64,000 nucleotides of DNA from Haliotis rubra (taxonomy: Eukaryota), in NCBI RefSeq assembly GCF_003918875.1, contig NW_025765492.1, positions 744,001 to 808,000 of the forward strand, in the 5' to 3' direction. Of the stretch, positions 1 through 12,314 are shown one piece after another; the first letter of the stretch is position 1; each line of letters opens with the position of its first letter. A program made the translations under genes and the position numbers. The notes beneath the pieces are model-generated. The model was given only the letters and a program-made list of their open reading frames with translations, ran no database searches and was not told the origin of the DNA.

Positions 1-135
1 TGTCGCTTCACGCCCTTGCTCCTGTCTGCTTTAAACGTAGTTATGCTTTCATACATGGCATATGCAAAACCACAGTACAGTTATAAAGCCAATAGATATA
101 CTATGAATTGCATCTTAACATTGCAATGGTTTCAG

Positions 136-671
136 AGAGGTGCCCCGCTGGTGACGATCCCACCGTAACGTGTGATCCCGCTCTGTGTTCAGTGGCTCCA
201 GCCGCATTCAGAGATCAACTCTGCTGCTCCACTTGCAAGCCTGTGATCACAGCGTTCACGTTACCTCCAACAAACCCTGCCAGAACCACGGCCTCCATGA
301 TGGCGGGACCTACGGGAGGGCCACCTAGAGGAGGAACCACGGCCTCCATGATGGCGGGACCAACAGGGGGTGCACCTAGAGGAGGAACCACGGCCTCCAT
401 GATGGCGGGACCAACCGGAGGTGCACCTAGAGGAGGAACAACTGCGTCGATGATGGCGGGACCTACCGGAGGTGCACCTAGAGGAGGAACAACTGCGTCG
501 ATGATGGCGGGACCAACAGGAGGTGCACCTAGAGGAGGAACAACTGCGTCGATGATGGCCGGACCTACAGGACAACCTGCTAGAAGGACGACAGCATCGA
601 TGTTTTCTGCAGTTGGGGGAGGCGGACTTGGTGCCCGTACGACAGCATCCGTGTTTCCTGTTGTAGCTTGA
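136..671 (+). CDS. Terminal exon A: 6-Cys domain plus Met/Gly/Thr-rich 17-aa repeat (GGTTASMMAGPTGGAPR, about 6 copies); 5' exons lie outside the window
   Basis: Acceptor tttcag|AG (phase 1), then RCPAGDDPTVTCDPALCSVAPAAFRDQLCCSTCK, 51-bp repeats, stop TGA at 671, AATAAA at 832-837. Confidence 0.8.
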
Positions 672-1065
672 ACGTCATCAAAATAGCGCTGGTTGTTTGA
701 AATACAACATATTGTGCTCCATTTTATACATTTGTTTCAGTGAGCGATTCACAGCTGTCATATTCCAATAGATATACAAACTGAAAGATACACAGTAACC
801 ATTAGGGACATGTAAAAACCGTAACCTCAAGAATAAAACGTACCAACTCAGGCATCTGGTTTATATTTTATGGGGAATAGTGTCAAAGGAGAAACCTAGA
901 TATATAGGCAAGATTACTCCCTTTGTCTTTACCTAACTATACGTTTGGATTAGTTGCGATTGCCGGACCGCCATTGTGGTCGAGTGATCTGATGTATACG
1001 TATAGGCGTACAAAGTCATGGTTCTTTGACCAGCACAGACGTTATTGGAGTTCCATCAGTGCATA

Positions 1066-1492
1066 TGTAGCGGCCATAAACTTTCCGAGTCCCGTGCTGG
1101 GACTCGAACCACGGACCTTCTGATCCGAAGTCGGACGCCTTGTCCACATGACCAAAGAGGTTATCCCCGTCAGCAAGCTGACAAGGTAAGGATGTCATCT
1201 GTGGGATGACTCCACGTCCTGCTACATACTCCCCCGTCAACAGAAGGCACGTCCCGAGCCGCATAGTTGGGTACTGAGACTTATTTTGCTCAAATTTCAT
1301 ATGAACGTGCTCAGCCCCACGTTAGGCGCCAATGTAGCGGTCATAAAATGTCGAGTCCCGTGCTGGGATTCGAACCACGAACCTTCTATTCCCAAGTCGG
1401 ACGCCTTGTCCACATGACCAAAGAGGTTAACCCCGTCAGCAAGCTGACAAGGTAAGGATGTCATCTGTGGGATGACTCCACGCCCTGCTACT
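1066..1492 (-). mobile_element. TRIM (miniature non-autonomous LTR retrotransposon) with tRNA-Arg-like sequence in its LTRs
   Basis: Two ~160-bp direct repeats (1066-1226, 1333-1492) bounded by TGTAGC...GCTAC(A), with a 106-bp interior. Minus-strand PBS TGGCGCCTAACGTGGGGC (1314-1331) is one mismatch from the tRNA-Lys primer site. Purine tract GGGGGAGTA precedes the other LTR. No TSD seen. Confidence 0.85.
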
Positions 1493-1918
1493 GTTATCTG
1501 TGAATACAGCTAAGCTTGTATATCGTATGTGCATCAATCGAACCATTCACTTTACGAAGGTACGTGTGGAACTGCACGATGGCGTATGTTATCAATGATG
1601 TCTGAACAGCTTATTTTTGTTGCGTGTCTTACAAGGCAAATTATGTAAACGACTGAGATAATTTTACTGGCAATTCAATGTTTCAAATAAGTTTAATGTT
1701 CTATTATTTCGTGACATATTTCAAAAGCTAATCGCATTGTTTTCATGGATGCTTTAAGTTTGACATCAACTTTTTTTAATTATTCGCTACCTGGTTGCAA
1801 TTTGTCAGCCATAATGTACAGAGTGGGTATCAGTAGTTGCACTGATCCAATTAAGATCAACAATGCAGGGAACCCGTCATCAATAATGTTAACTGTTTTT
1901 TAATCTCCTCTACTGCAG

Positions 1919-4900
1919 CCAACTGCCCCGCTGGGGATGATCCTGACACCGGCTGCCAAGCATCATCTTGCACGAACCAAACCCTGGCTGATATATCATG
2001 TTGTGCCACCTGCAAAGATGATGTGTCCACACCAGGTACCAGCTCTACATTCACAGCTACGACTGCTTCTGTTGTCAATCCGTCTCTTGGAACAAGATCG
2101 AACACTCCTCTATCCAGTATCGGAGGAACGTCAGGTTCACAACCTATTGGTACTGGAGGAACATCAGGTAGCCTTCCAACGTTTACAGAAATACCGTCAG
2201 ATACATCACCATCCACAACGGCACCAGCAAGTACGCCAGCGTCCACAAGTATCGAAGGAACGTCAGGTTCACAACCTATTGGTACTGGAGGAACATCTGG
2301 TAGCCTACCAACTTTTACAGAAATAACGTCAGATACATCACCATCCACAAGGGGACCAGCAAGTACGCCAGCGTCCACAAGTATCGAAGGAACGTCAGGT
2401 TCACAACCATTGGTACTGGAGGAACATCTGGTAGCCTACCAACGTTAACAGAAACAACGTCAACATCACCACACAAGGGTACGCCAACGTCCACAAGTAT
2501 CGTCAGGTTCACAACCATTTCGTCAGGATTAACAGGAACACCAACGACATCAGTCAGTAACGTCAGCTATCACATCGGATACATCACCGCCCACGGTAAC
2601 CACAACTTCAGGTTCCAACACACCACCTACAGCCACAGAAGGGGCATCAGGTACACAAACTGCAATAAGTACACCAGTTACAACAGCAACATCAGGTACA
2701 TCACGGGCCACAGTTAGTGGAGGTACATCGGGTACACCACCCACAGTTAGTGGACAGACATCGAATACACCACCACGAACAGTTAGTGTAGGTACATCGG
2801 GTACACTGCCCACAGTTAGTGGAGGGACATCAGGTACATCACCACCAACAGTTAGTGGACAGACATCGGATACAACACCACCAACAGTTAGTGTAGGTAC
2901 ATCGGGTACACCACCACTCACAGTTAGTGAAGGTACATCGGGTACACCACCACCAACGGTTAGTGGACAGACATCAGGGACACCACCACCAACGGTTAGT
3001 GGACAGACATCAGGTACACCACCAACAACGGTTAGTGGACAGACATCGGGTACACCACCAACAACGGTTAGTGGACAGACATCAGGTACACCACCACCAA
3101 CGGTTAGTGGACAGACATCAGGTACACCACCACCAACGGTTAGTGGACAGACATCAGGTACACCAACCACAACACAACGTTAGTGGACAGACATCGGGTA
3201 CACCACCAACAACGGTTAGTGGACAGACATCGGGTACACACCAACAACGGTTAGTGGACAGACATCACCAACGGTTGGGACAGACATCAGGTACACCACC
3301 CACAGTTACTGGAGAGACATCGGGTACACCACCACCAACGGTTAGTGGACAGACATCAGGTACACCACCACCAACGGTTAGTGGACAGACATCAGGTACA
3401 CCACCACCAACGGTTAGTGGACAGACATCAGGTACACCACCACCAACGGTTAGTGGACAGACATCGGGTACACCACCAACAACGGTTAGTGGACAGACAT
3501 CGGGTACACCACCAACAACGGTTAGTGGACAGACATCAGGTACACCACCACCAACGGTTAGTGGACAGACATCAGGGTACACCACCACCAACGGTTAGTG
3601 GACAGACATCAGGTACACCACCACCAACGGTTAGTGGACAGACATCAGGTACACCACCACCGGTTAGTGGACAGACATCAGGTACACCACCACCAACGGT
3701 TAGTGGACAGACATCAGGTACACCACCACCAACGGTTAGTGGACAGACATCAGGTACACCACCACCAACGGTTAGTGGACAGACATCAGGTACACCACCA
3801 CCAACGGTTAGTGGACAGACATCGGGTACACCACCACCAACGGTTAGTGGACAGACATCAGGTACACCACCACCAACGGTTAGTGGACAGACATCAGGTA
3901 CACCACCACCAACGGTTAGTGGACAGACATCAGGTACACCACCACCAACGGTTAGTGGACAGACATCAGGTACACCACCACCAACGGTTACTGGACAGAC
4001 ATCACGGTACACCACCAACAACGGTTAGTGGACAGACATCAGGTACACCACCACCAACAGTTAGTGGAGAGACATCGGGTACACCACCACCAACGGTTAG
4101 TGGACAGACATCAGGTACACCACCACCAACGGTTAGTGGAGAGACATCAGGTACACCACCACCAACGGTTAGTGGAGGTACATCAGGTACACCACCACCC
4201 ACAGTTAGTGGACAGACATCGGGTACACCACCACCCACAGTTAGTGGAGAGACATCAGGTACACCACCACCCACAGTTAGTGGAGAGACATCAGGTACAC
4301 CACCACCCACAGTTAGTGGACAGACATCAGGTACACCACCACCCACAGTTAGTGGACAGACATCAGGTACACCACCACCCACAGTTAGTGGAGAGACATC
4401 AGGTACACCACCACCCACGGTTAGTGGACAGTTAGTGGAGACATCACGGTTAGTGGACGAGACATCACCCACCACACAGTTAGTGGAGAGACATCAGGTA
4501 CACCACCACCCACAGTTAGTGGACAGACATCAGGTACACCACCACCCACAGTTAGTGGACAGACATCGGGTACACCACCACCCACAGTTAGTGGAGAGAC
4601 ATCGGGTACACCACCACCCACAGTTAGTGGAGGTACATCAGGGTACACCACCACCCACAGTTAGTGGAGAGTACATCGGGTACACCACCACCCACAGTTA
4701 GTGGAGGTACATCGGGTACACCACCACCCACAGTTAGTGGAGTGACATCGGGTACACCACCACCCACAGTTAGTGGAGAGACATCAGGTACACCACCACC
4801 CACAGTTAGTGGACAGACATCAGGTACACCACCAGCCACAGTTAGTGAAGGTACATCGGGTACACCACCACCCACAGTTAGTGGACAGACATCAGGTACA

Positions 4901-7900
4901 CCACCACCCACAGTTAGTGGACAGACATCAGGTACACCACCACCCACAGTTAGTGGAGAGACATCGGGTACACCACCAGCCACAGTTAGTGGACAGACAT
5001 CAGGTACACCACCACCCACAGTTAGTGGAGAGACATCGGGTACACCACCACCCACAGTTAGTGGAGGTACATCAGGTACACCACCACCCACAGTTAGTGG
5101 AGAGACATCAGGTACACCACCACCCACAGTTAGTGGACAGACATCAGGTACACCACCACCCACAGTTAGTGGACAGACATCAGGTACACCACCACCCACA
5201 GTTAGTGGAGGGTACATCACCACCCACAGGTACACCACCACCACCCACAGTTAGTGGAGAGACATCAGGTACACCACCACCCACAGTTAGTGGAGAGACA
5301 TCAGGTACACCACCACCCACAGTTAGTGGAGAGACATCGGGTACACCACCACCCACAGTTAGTGGAGGTACATCGGGTACACCACCACCCACAGTTAGTG
5401 GAGGTACATCAGGTGGAGAGACACCACCACCCACAGTTAGTGGAGAGACATCTGGTACACCACCACCCACAGTTAGTGGAGAGACATCAGGTACACCACC
5501 ACCCACAGTTAGTGGAGAGACATCGGGTACACCACCACCCACAGTTAGTGGAGGTACATCAGGTACACCACCACCCACAGTTAGTGGAGGTACATCAGGT
5601 ACACCACCACCCACAGTTAGTGGAGAGACATCGGGTACACCACCACCCACAGTTAGTGGAGAGACATCGGGTACACCACCACCCACAGTTAGTGGAGAGA
5701 CATCAGTTAGTTAGTGGACAGACATCAGGTACACCACCACCCACAGTTAGTGGACAGACATCAGGTACACCACCACCCACAGTTAGTGGACATCAGGTAC
5801 ATCGGGTACACACCACCACCCACAGTTAGTGGAGGGACATCAGGTACACCACCACCCACAGTTAGTGGACAGACATCGGGTACACCACCACCCACAGTTA
5901 GTGGAGGGACATCAGGTACACCACCACCCACAGTTAGTGGACAGACATCAGGTACACCACCACCCACAGTTAGTGGAGGGACATCAGGTACACCACCACC
6001 CACAGTTAGTGGAGAGACATCAGGTACACCACCACCCACAGTTAGTGGAGGTACATCGGGTACACCACCACCCACAGTTAGTGGAGAGACATCGGGTACA
6101 CCACCACCCACAGTTAGTGGAGGTACATCGGGTACACCACCACCCACAGTTAGTGAAGGTACATCAGGTACACCACCCACAGTTAGTGGACACCACCCAC
6201 AGTTAGTGGAGGTACATCAGGTACACCACCACCCACAGTTAGTGGACAGACATCAGGTACACCACCACCCACAGTTAGTGAAGGTACATCAGGTACACCA
6301 CCACCACCCACAGTTAGTGGACAGACATCAGGTACACCACCACCCACAGTTAGTGGAGACATCAGGTACATCACCACCACACAGTTAGTTAGTGAAGGTA
6401 CATCGGGTACACCACCACCCACAGTTAGTGGAAGGGTACATCGGGTGGACATCCACCACCCACAGTTAGTGGAGAGACATCACCACCCACAGGTACACCA
6501 CCACCCACAGTTAGTGGAGAGACATCAGGTACACCACCACCCACAGTTAGTGGAGAGACATCAGGTACACCACCACCCACAGTTAGTGGAGAGACATCAG
6601 GTACACCACCACCCACAGTTAGTGGACAGACATCAGGTACACCACCACCCACAGTTAGTGGAGACATCAGGTACACCACCACCCACAGTTAGTGGAGACA
6701 TCAGGTACACCACCACCCACAGTTAGTGGAGGTACATCGGGTACACCACCACCCACAGTTAGTGGAGGTACATCAGGTACACCACCACCCACAGTTAGTG
6801 GAGAGACATCGGGTACACCACCACCCACAGTTAGTGGAGAGACATCAGGTACACCACCACCCACAGTTAGTGGACAGACATCAGGTACACCACCACCCAC
6901 AGTTAGTGGAGAGACATCAGGTACACCACCACCCACAGTTAGTGGACAGACATCAGGTACACCACCCACAGTTAGTGGACAGACATCGGTACACCACCAC
7001 CCACAGTTAGTGGAGAGGGTACATCGGGTACACCACCACCCACAGTTAGTGGACAGACATCAGGGTACACCACCACCCACAGTACATCGGGTACACCACC
7101 ACCCACAGTTAGTGGACAGACATCAGGTACACCACCACCCACAGTTAGTGGAGAGACATCAGGTACACCACCACCCACAGTTAGTGGACAGACATCGGGT
7201 ACACCACCACCCACAGTTAGTGGAGAGACATCAGGTACACCACCACCCACAGTTAGTGGAGAGACATCAGGTACATCAGTAGTGGAGTTAGTGACATCGG
7301 GTACACCACCACCCACAGTTAGTGGACAGACATCAGGTACACCACCACCCAGTTAGTGGACAGACATCAGGTACACCACCACCCACAGTTAGTGGAGAGA
7401 CATCGGGTACACCACCACCCACAGTTAGTGGACAGACATCAGGTACACCACCACCCACAGTTAGTGGAGACACATCGGGTACACCACCACCCACAGTTAG
7501 TGGAGACACATCAGGTACACCACCACCCACAGTTAGTGGACACATCAGGTACATCGGGTACACCACCACATCCACACCACCATCCACAGTTAGTGGAGAG
7601 ACATCAGGTACACACACCACCCACCACCCACAGTTAGTGAAGGTACATCGGGTACACCACCACCCACAGTTACTGAAGGTACATCGGGTACATCCCCATC
7701 CACAGTTACTGGAGGTACATCGGGTACACCACCACCCACAGTTAGTGGAGGTACATCAGGTACACCACCACCCACAGTTAGTGGAGGGACATCGGGTACA
7801 CCACCGCCTACAGTTAGTGGAGAGACATCGGGTACACCATCACCCACAGTCACTGGAGGTACATCGGGTACACCACCACCCACAGTTAGTGGAGAGACAT

Positions 7901-8379
7901 CGGGTACACCACCATCCACAGTTACTGGAGGTACATCGGGTACACCACCACCCACAGTTAGTGGAGGGACATCGGGTACACCACCGCCTACAGTTAGTGC
8001 AGAGACATCGGGTACACCATCACCCACAGTTAGTTATGGTACATCGGGTACATCACAATCCACAGTTACTAGAGGTACATCGGGTACATCACCACCCACA
8101 GTTAGTGAAGGTACATCGGGTACACCACCACCCACAGTTAGTGGAGGTACATCGGGTACACCACCACCCACAGTTAGTGGAGGGACATCGGGTACATCAC
8201 CATCCACAGTTAGTGGAGGTACATCGGGTACACCACCACCCACAGTTAGTGAAGGTACATCGGGTACATCACCACCCACAGTTAGTGAAGGTACATCGGG
8301 TACACCACCACCCACAGTTAGTGGAGGTACACCGGGTACATCACCATCCACAGTTACTGGAGGTACATCGACTACATGA
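1919..8379 (+). CDS. Terminal exon B: 6-Cys domain plus giant Pro/Thr/Ser/Gly mucin repeat (TPPPTVSG[Q/E/G]TSG)n; frame broken many times in this assembly
   Basis: Acceptor ctgcag|CC (phase 1), NCPAGDDPDTGCQASSCTNQTLADISCCATCK, 36-bp tandem array ~2700-8370, stop TGA 8377-8379, AATAAA 8788-8793. The small indels in the array are probably consensus errors. Confidence 0.7.
2700..8370 (+). repeat. 36-bp coding minisatellite (acaccaccacccacagttagtggagagacatcaggt), roughly 150 copies
   Basis: Directly visible; variant subtypes are regionally clustered. Confidence 0.97.
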
Positions 8380-9016
8380 CAATCTACAGAGGTAGATCAG
8401 GTACACCACCACCTACAGCTACAGGAGGGACACCACCACCTCCAGCTGCAGGAGGAACCTCAGGTAGAATATCTTCATCAACTGTTTTTCCAAAGACAAC
8501 ATTGGTTTTTGCAACAACGGGATCGATTTTCTTTAAGAACCTGTAACAACACCGTAGTAAGGCTGAACTCAAATGTTTTATATATCAGTTAATCATATAA
8601 CAATATTACATGTCACTGTAATGAACTGATGTTGTAAGTGGAACCATGCCATGCCTTCCACTACGTTTGTGTCATAGGAAATCTGCGATAATACTGCAAG
8701 TCTCTGTTTCGGTATTCTGGTTATTCATTCATTCAACCTATTTTGTCAGATAACAGTCATTTCAACTTGTAAAGACATATCAAACATAATAAAATTTATT
8801 TTCTGACGTTCATGTTGTTGCTTTGTCTCATATGCATATAACACCTTTAGACATCTCACTGACAGCACATCAGAACTAGGTTTGGTGGAGAACTGTTTAC
8901 TCTGCTGTTTACTGTGCTTCTTTGCAACATCCCACCAAATCTAAGTATACGAACGTTTGGATGAATATGCCAGCTAATGGCAGTGGTGGACCATGTTCTT
9001 TACCAGTATTCATGAC

Positions 9017-10460
9017 TTAGTGGAGAGACATCTGGTACACCACCACCCACAGTTACTGGAGGTACATCGGGTACACCACCACCCACAGTTAGTGGAGGTA
9101 CATCAGGTACACCACCGCCTACAGTTAGTGGAGGGACATCGGGTACACCACCATCCACAGTTACTGGAGGTACATCGGGTACACCACCACCCACAGTTAG
9201 TGGAGGTATATCAGGTACACCACCACCCACAGTTAGTGGAGAGACATCGGGTACACCATCACCCACAGTTAGTGAAGGTACATCGGGTACATCACCGCCT
9301 ACAGTTAGTGGAGAGACATCGGGTACACCATCAGCCACAGTTAGTGAAGGTACATCGGGTAGATCACCACCCACAGTTAGTGAAGGTACATCAGGTACAT
9401 CACAACCCACGGTTAGTGAAGGTACATCGGGTACATCACCATCCACAGTTACTGGAGGGACATCAGGTACATCACCGCCTACAGTTAGTGGAGGTACATC
9501 GGGTACATCACCACCTACGGTTAGTGGAGGTACATCGGGTACATCACCACCCACAGTTAGTGAAGGGACCTCGGGTACATCACCACCCACAATTAGTGGA
9601 GGTACATCGGGTACATCACCACCCACAGTTAGTGAAGGTACATCGGGTACATCACCATCCACAGTTAGTGGAGGTACATCGGCTACATGACAATCTACAG
9701 AGGTAGATCAGGTACACCACCACCTCCAGCTGCAGGAGGAAGCTCAGGTACAATATCTTCAACAACTGTATTTCCAAAGACAACATTGTTTTTTGCAACA
9801 ACGGGATCGATTTTCGTTAAGAACCTGTAACAACACCGTAGTTAGGCTGAACTCAAATGTAGAATAGGGAACTGAATATAATGTAAAATGTCTTTGTCAT
9901 TTGTGGAGGTGGCTCTGCATGATTTCACATTGGTATTGTTTTTCTTTACTAAATAGTGTGAAGGAATTAGACACTCAAATTGACATCAATATTTTATCAT
10001 TATTCGAGGCGTTTATTCTGTTTATATATCAGTTGATCATATAAAAATATTACGTGTCACTGTGCTCATATGAACTCATGTTGTAAGTGGAACCATGTCA
10101 TGCCTTCCACTACGTTTATGTCATAGGAAATCTGCGATAATACTGCAATTCTCTGTTTCGGTATTCTGGTTATTAATTCATTCAACCTATTTTGTCAGAT
10201 GACAGTCATTTCAATTTGTAAAGACATCAAATATAATAAAATTTATTTTCTGACGTTCATGTTGTTGTTTTGTCTCATATGCATATAACACCTTTAGACA
10301 TCTCACTGACAGCACATCAGAACTAGGTTTGGTGGAGAACTGTTTACTCTGCTGTTTACTGTGCTTCTTTGCAATATCACAAATCTAAGTATACGAACGA
10401 TTGGATGAATATGCCAGCTAATGGTAGTGGTGGACCATGCTCTTTGCCAGTATTCATGAC
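9017..10460 (+). pseudogene. Tandem duplicate of the 3' part of exon B and its 3' UTR, without acceptor or Cys domain
   Basis: 36-bp repeats 9017-9690, the same TGA (9688-9690), and a copy of the 8380-9016 sequence with about 160 bp extra near 9860-10020. Confidence 0.75.
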
Positions 10461-11885
10461 TGATTCGGTTATCTAATGCTGGTAGTGGATCATGCTCTTT
10501 GCCAGTATTCATGACTGATTCGATCATCTAATGCTGATGATGGACCATCCTCTAGCCAGTAGTGTTGGATGATTAAGTTATGTAATACTGGTGATGGACC
10601 ATGCTCTTTGCCAGTAGTGCTGGATGATTAAGTCATCTAATGCTGGTGATGGACCATGCTCTTGGCCAGTAGTGTTCGATGATTAGGTCATCTAATACTG
10701 GTGGTGGACCATGCTTTAGACTAGTAGTGTTGGATGATTAGGTCATCTAATACTGGTGGTGGACCATGCTTTAGACTAGTAGTGTTGGATGATTAGGTCA
10801 TCTAATACCGGTGGTTGACCATGCTCTAGACTAGTAGTGTTGGGTGATTAAGTTATGTAATACTGGTGATGGACCATGCTCTTTGCCAGTAGTGCTGGAT
10901 GATTAAGTCATCTAATGCTGGTGATGGACCATGCTCTTGGCCAGTAGTGTTCGATGATTAGGTCATCTAATACTGGTGGTGGACCATGCTTTTGACTAGT
11001 AGTGTTGGATGATTAGGTCATCTAATACTGGTGGTGGACCATGCTTTAGACTAGTAGTGTTGGATGATTAGGTCATCTAATGCTGGTGGTGGGCCATGCT
11101 CTAGACTAGTAGTGTTGGGTGATTAAGTTATGTAATACTGGTGATGGACCATGCTCTTGGCCAGTAGTGTTGGATGATTAGGTCATCTAATGCTGGTGAT
11201 GGACCATGCTCTTGGCCAGTAGTGTTGGATGATTAAGTCATCTAATACTGGTGATGGACCATGCTCTTTGCCAGTAGTGCTGGATGATTAGGTCATCTAA
11301 TGCTGGTGGTGGATCATGCTCTTTGCCAGTAGTGCTGGATGATTAAGTCATCTAATGCTGGTGATGGACCATGCTCTTGGACAGTAGTGTTGGATGATTA
11401 GGTCATCTAATACTGGTGATGGACCATGCTTTAGACTAGTAGTGTTGGATGATTAGGTCATCTAATACTGGTGGTGGACCATGCTTTAGACTAGTAGTGT
11501 TGGATGATTAGGTCATCTAATGCTGGTGGTGGACCATGCTCTAGACTAGTAGTTTTGGATGATTAGGTCATCTAATACCGGTGGTTGACCATGCTCTAGA
11601 CTAGTAGTGTTGGGTGATTAAGTTATGTAATACTGGTGATGGACCATGCTCTTTGCCAGTAGTGCTGGATGATTAAGTCATCTAATGCTGGTGATGGACC
11701 ATGCTCTTGGCCAGTAGTGTTGGATGATTAGGTCATCTAATACTGGTGGTGGACCATGCTTTAGACTAGTAGTGTTGGATGATTAGGTCATCTAATACTG
11801 GTGGTGGACCATGCTTTAGACTAGTAGTGTTGGATGATTAGGTCATCTAATACTGGTGGTGGACCATGCTCTTTACAAGTAGTTT
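10420..11885. repeat. 55-bp minisatellite, about 26 units, with higher-order structure
   Basis: Unit ggatgattaggtcatctaatactggtggtggaccatgctttagactagtagtgtt; a variant unit recurs at 10571, 10846, 11121 and 11616. Confidence 0.95.
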
Positions 11886-12314
11886 TGAACAATGGAGGAA
11901 TGTCAAGAAGTCATCTCAAATGTCGGACTGTAGCAACAGCAAAAACAGAATGGCATTTAAAAAAGCTCGTTTTGTCAGGGGACTAACCTGAGCAGACAAG
12001 AGTTACTGAATAGTGCAGTCAATAGCCTTTAAGCCGAACAGAACGTGGAAAGGGACTTAACACTGCATCCACTGTGCCATATGCCCTTGGGTTATAAAGA
12101 AACCTTACGTCGATGGAATCATGTTCCTTTCACCTAAACGAAAATAATATTAACAAATCGTGTACTTCTGTATATGTCATGCCTAAAGCATCCTCAGTGG
12201 CATCCTCTTGATAATTGGTGGATCCAAATTGCTGATTTTGAACTGATTTAGGGTTGTTTTTTGAGGGTTGGAACTCCTACATATTTAATACATATATTCA
12301 TGTTTACTTCACAG

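Noticed and set aside
4400-7620. Many frameshifts suggesting programmed frameshifting or pseudogenisation
   Set aside because: Irregular small indels confined to array centres (also 13100-14600) are typical of consensus error in long repeats; this cannot be judged without reads.
2927-9706. His-rich ORFs (HHHPQLVERHQV)n and antisense (VGGGVPDVCPLT)n ORFs
   Set aside because: These are alternative frames of the 36-bp repeat. The Cys domain and unique flanks are in the Thr/Pro/Ser frame, and much of the unit variation is silent in that frame.
10420-11885. CRISPR-like array
   Set aside because: Contiguous tandem units with no unique spacers, no cas genes, and a eukaryotic context.
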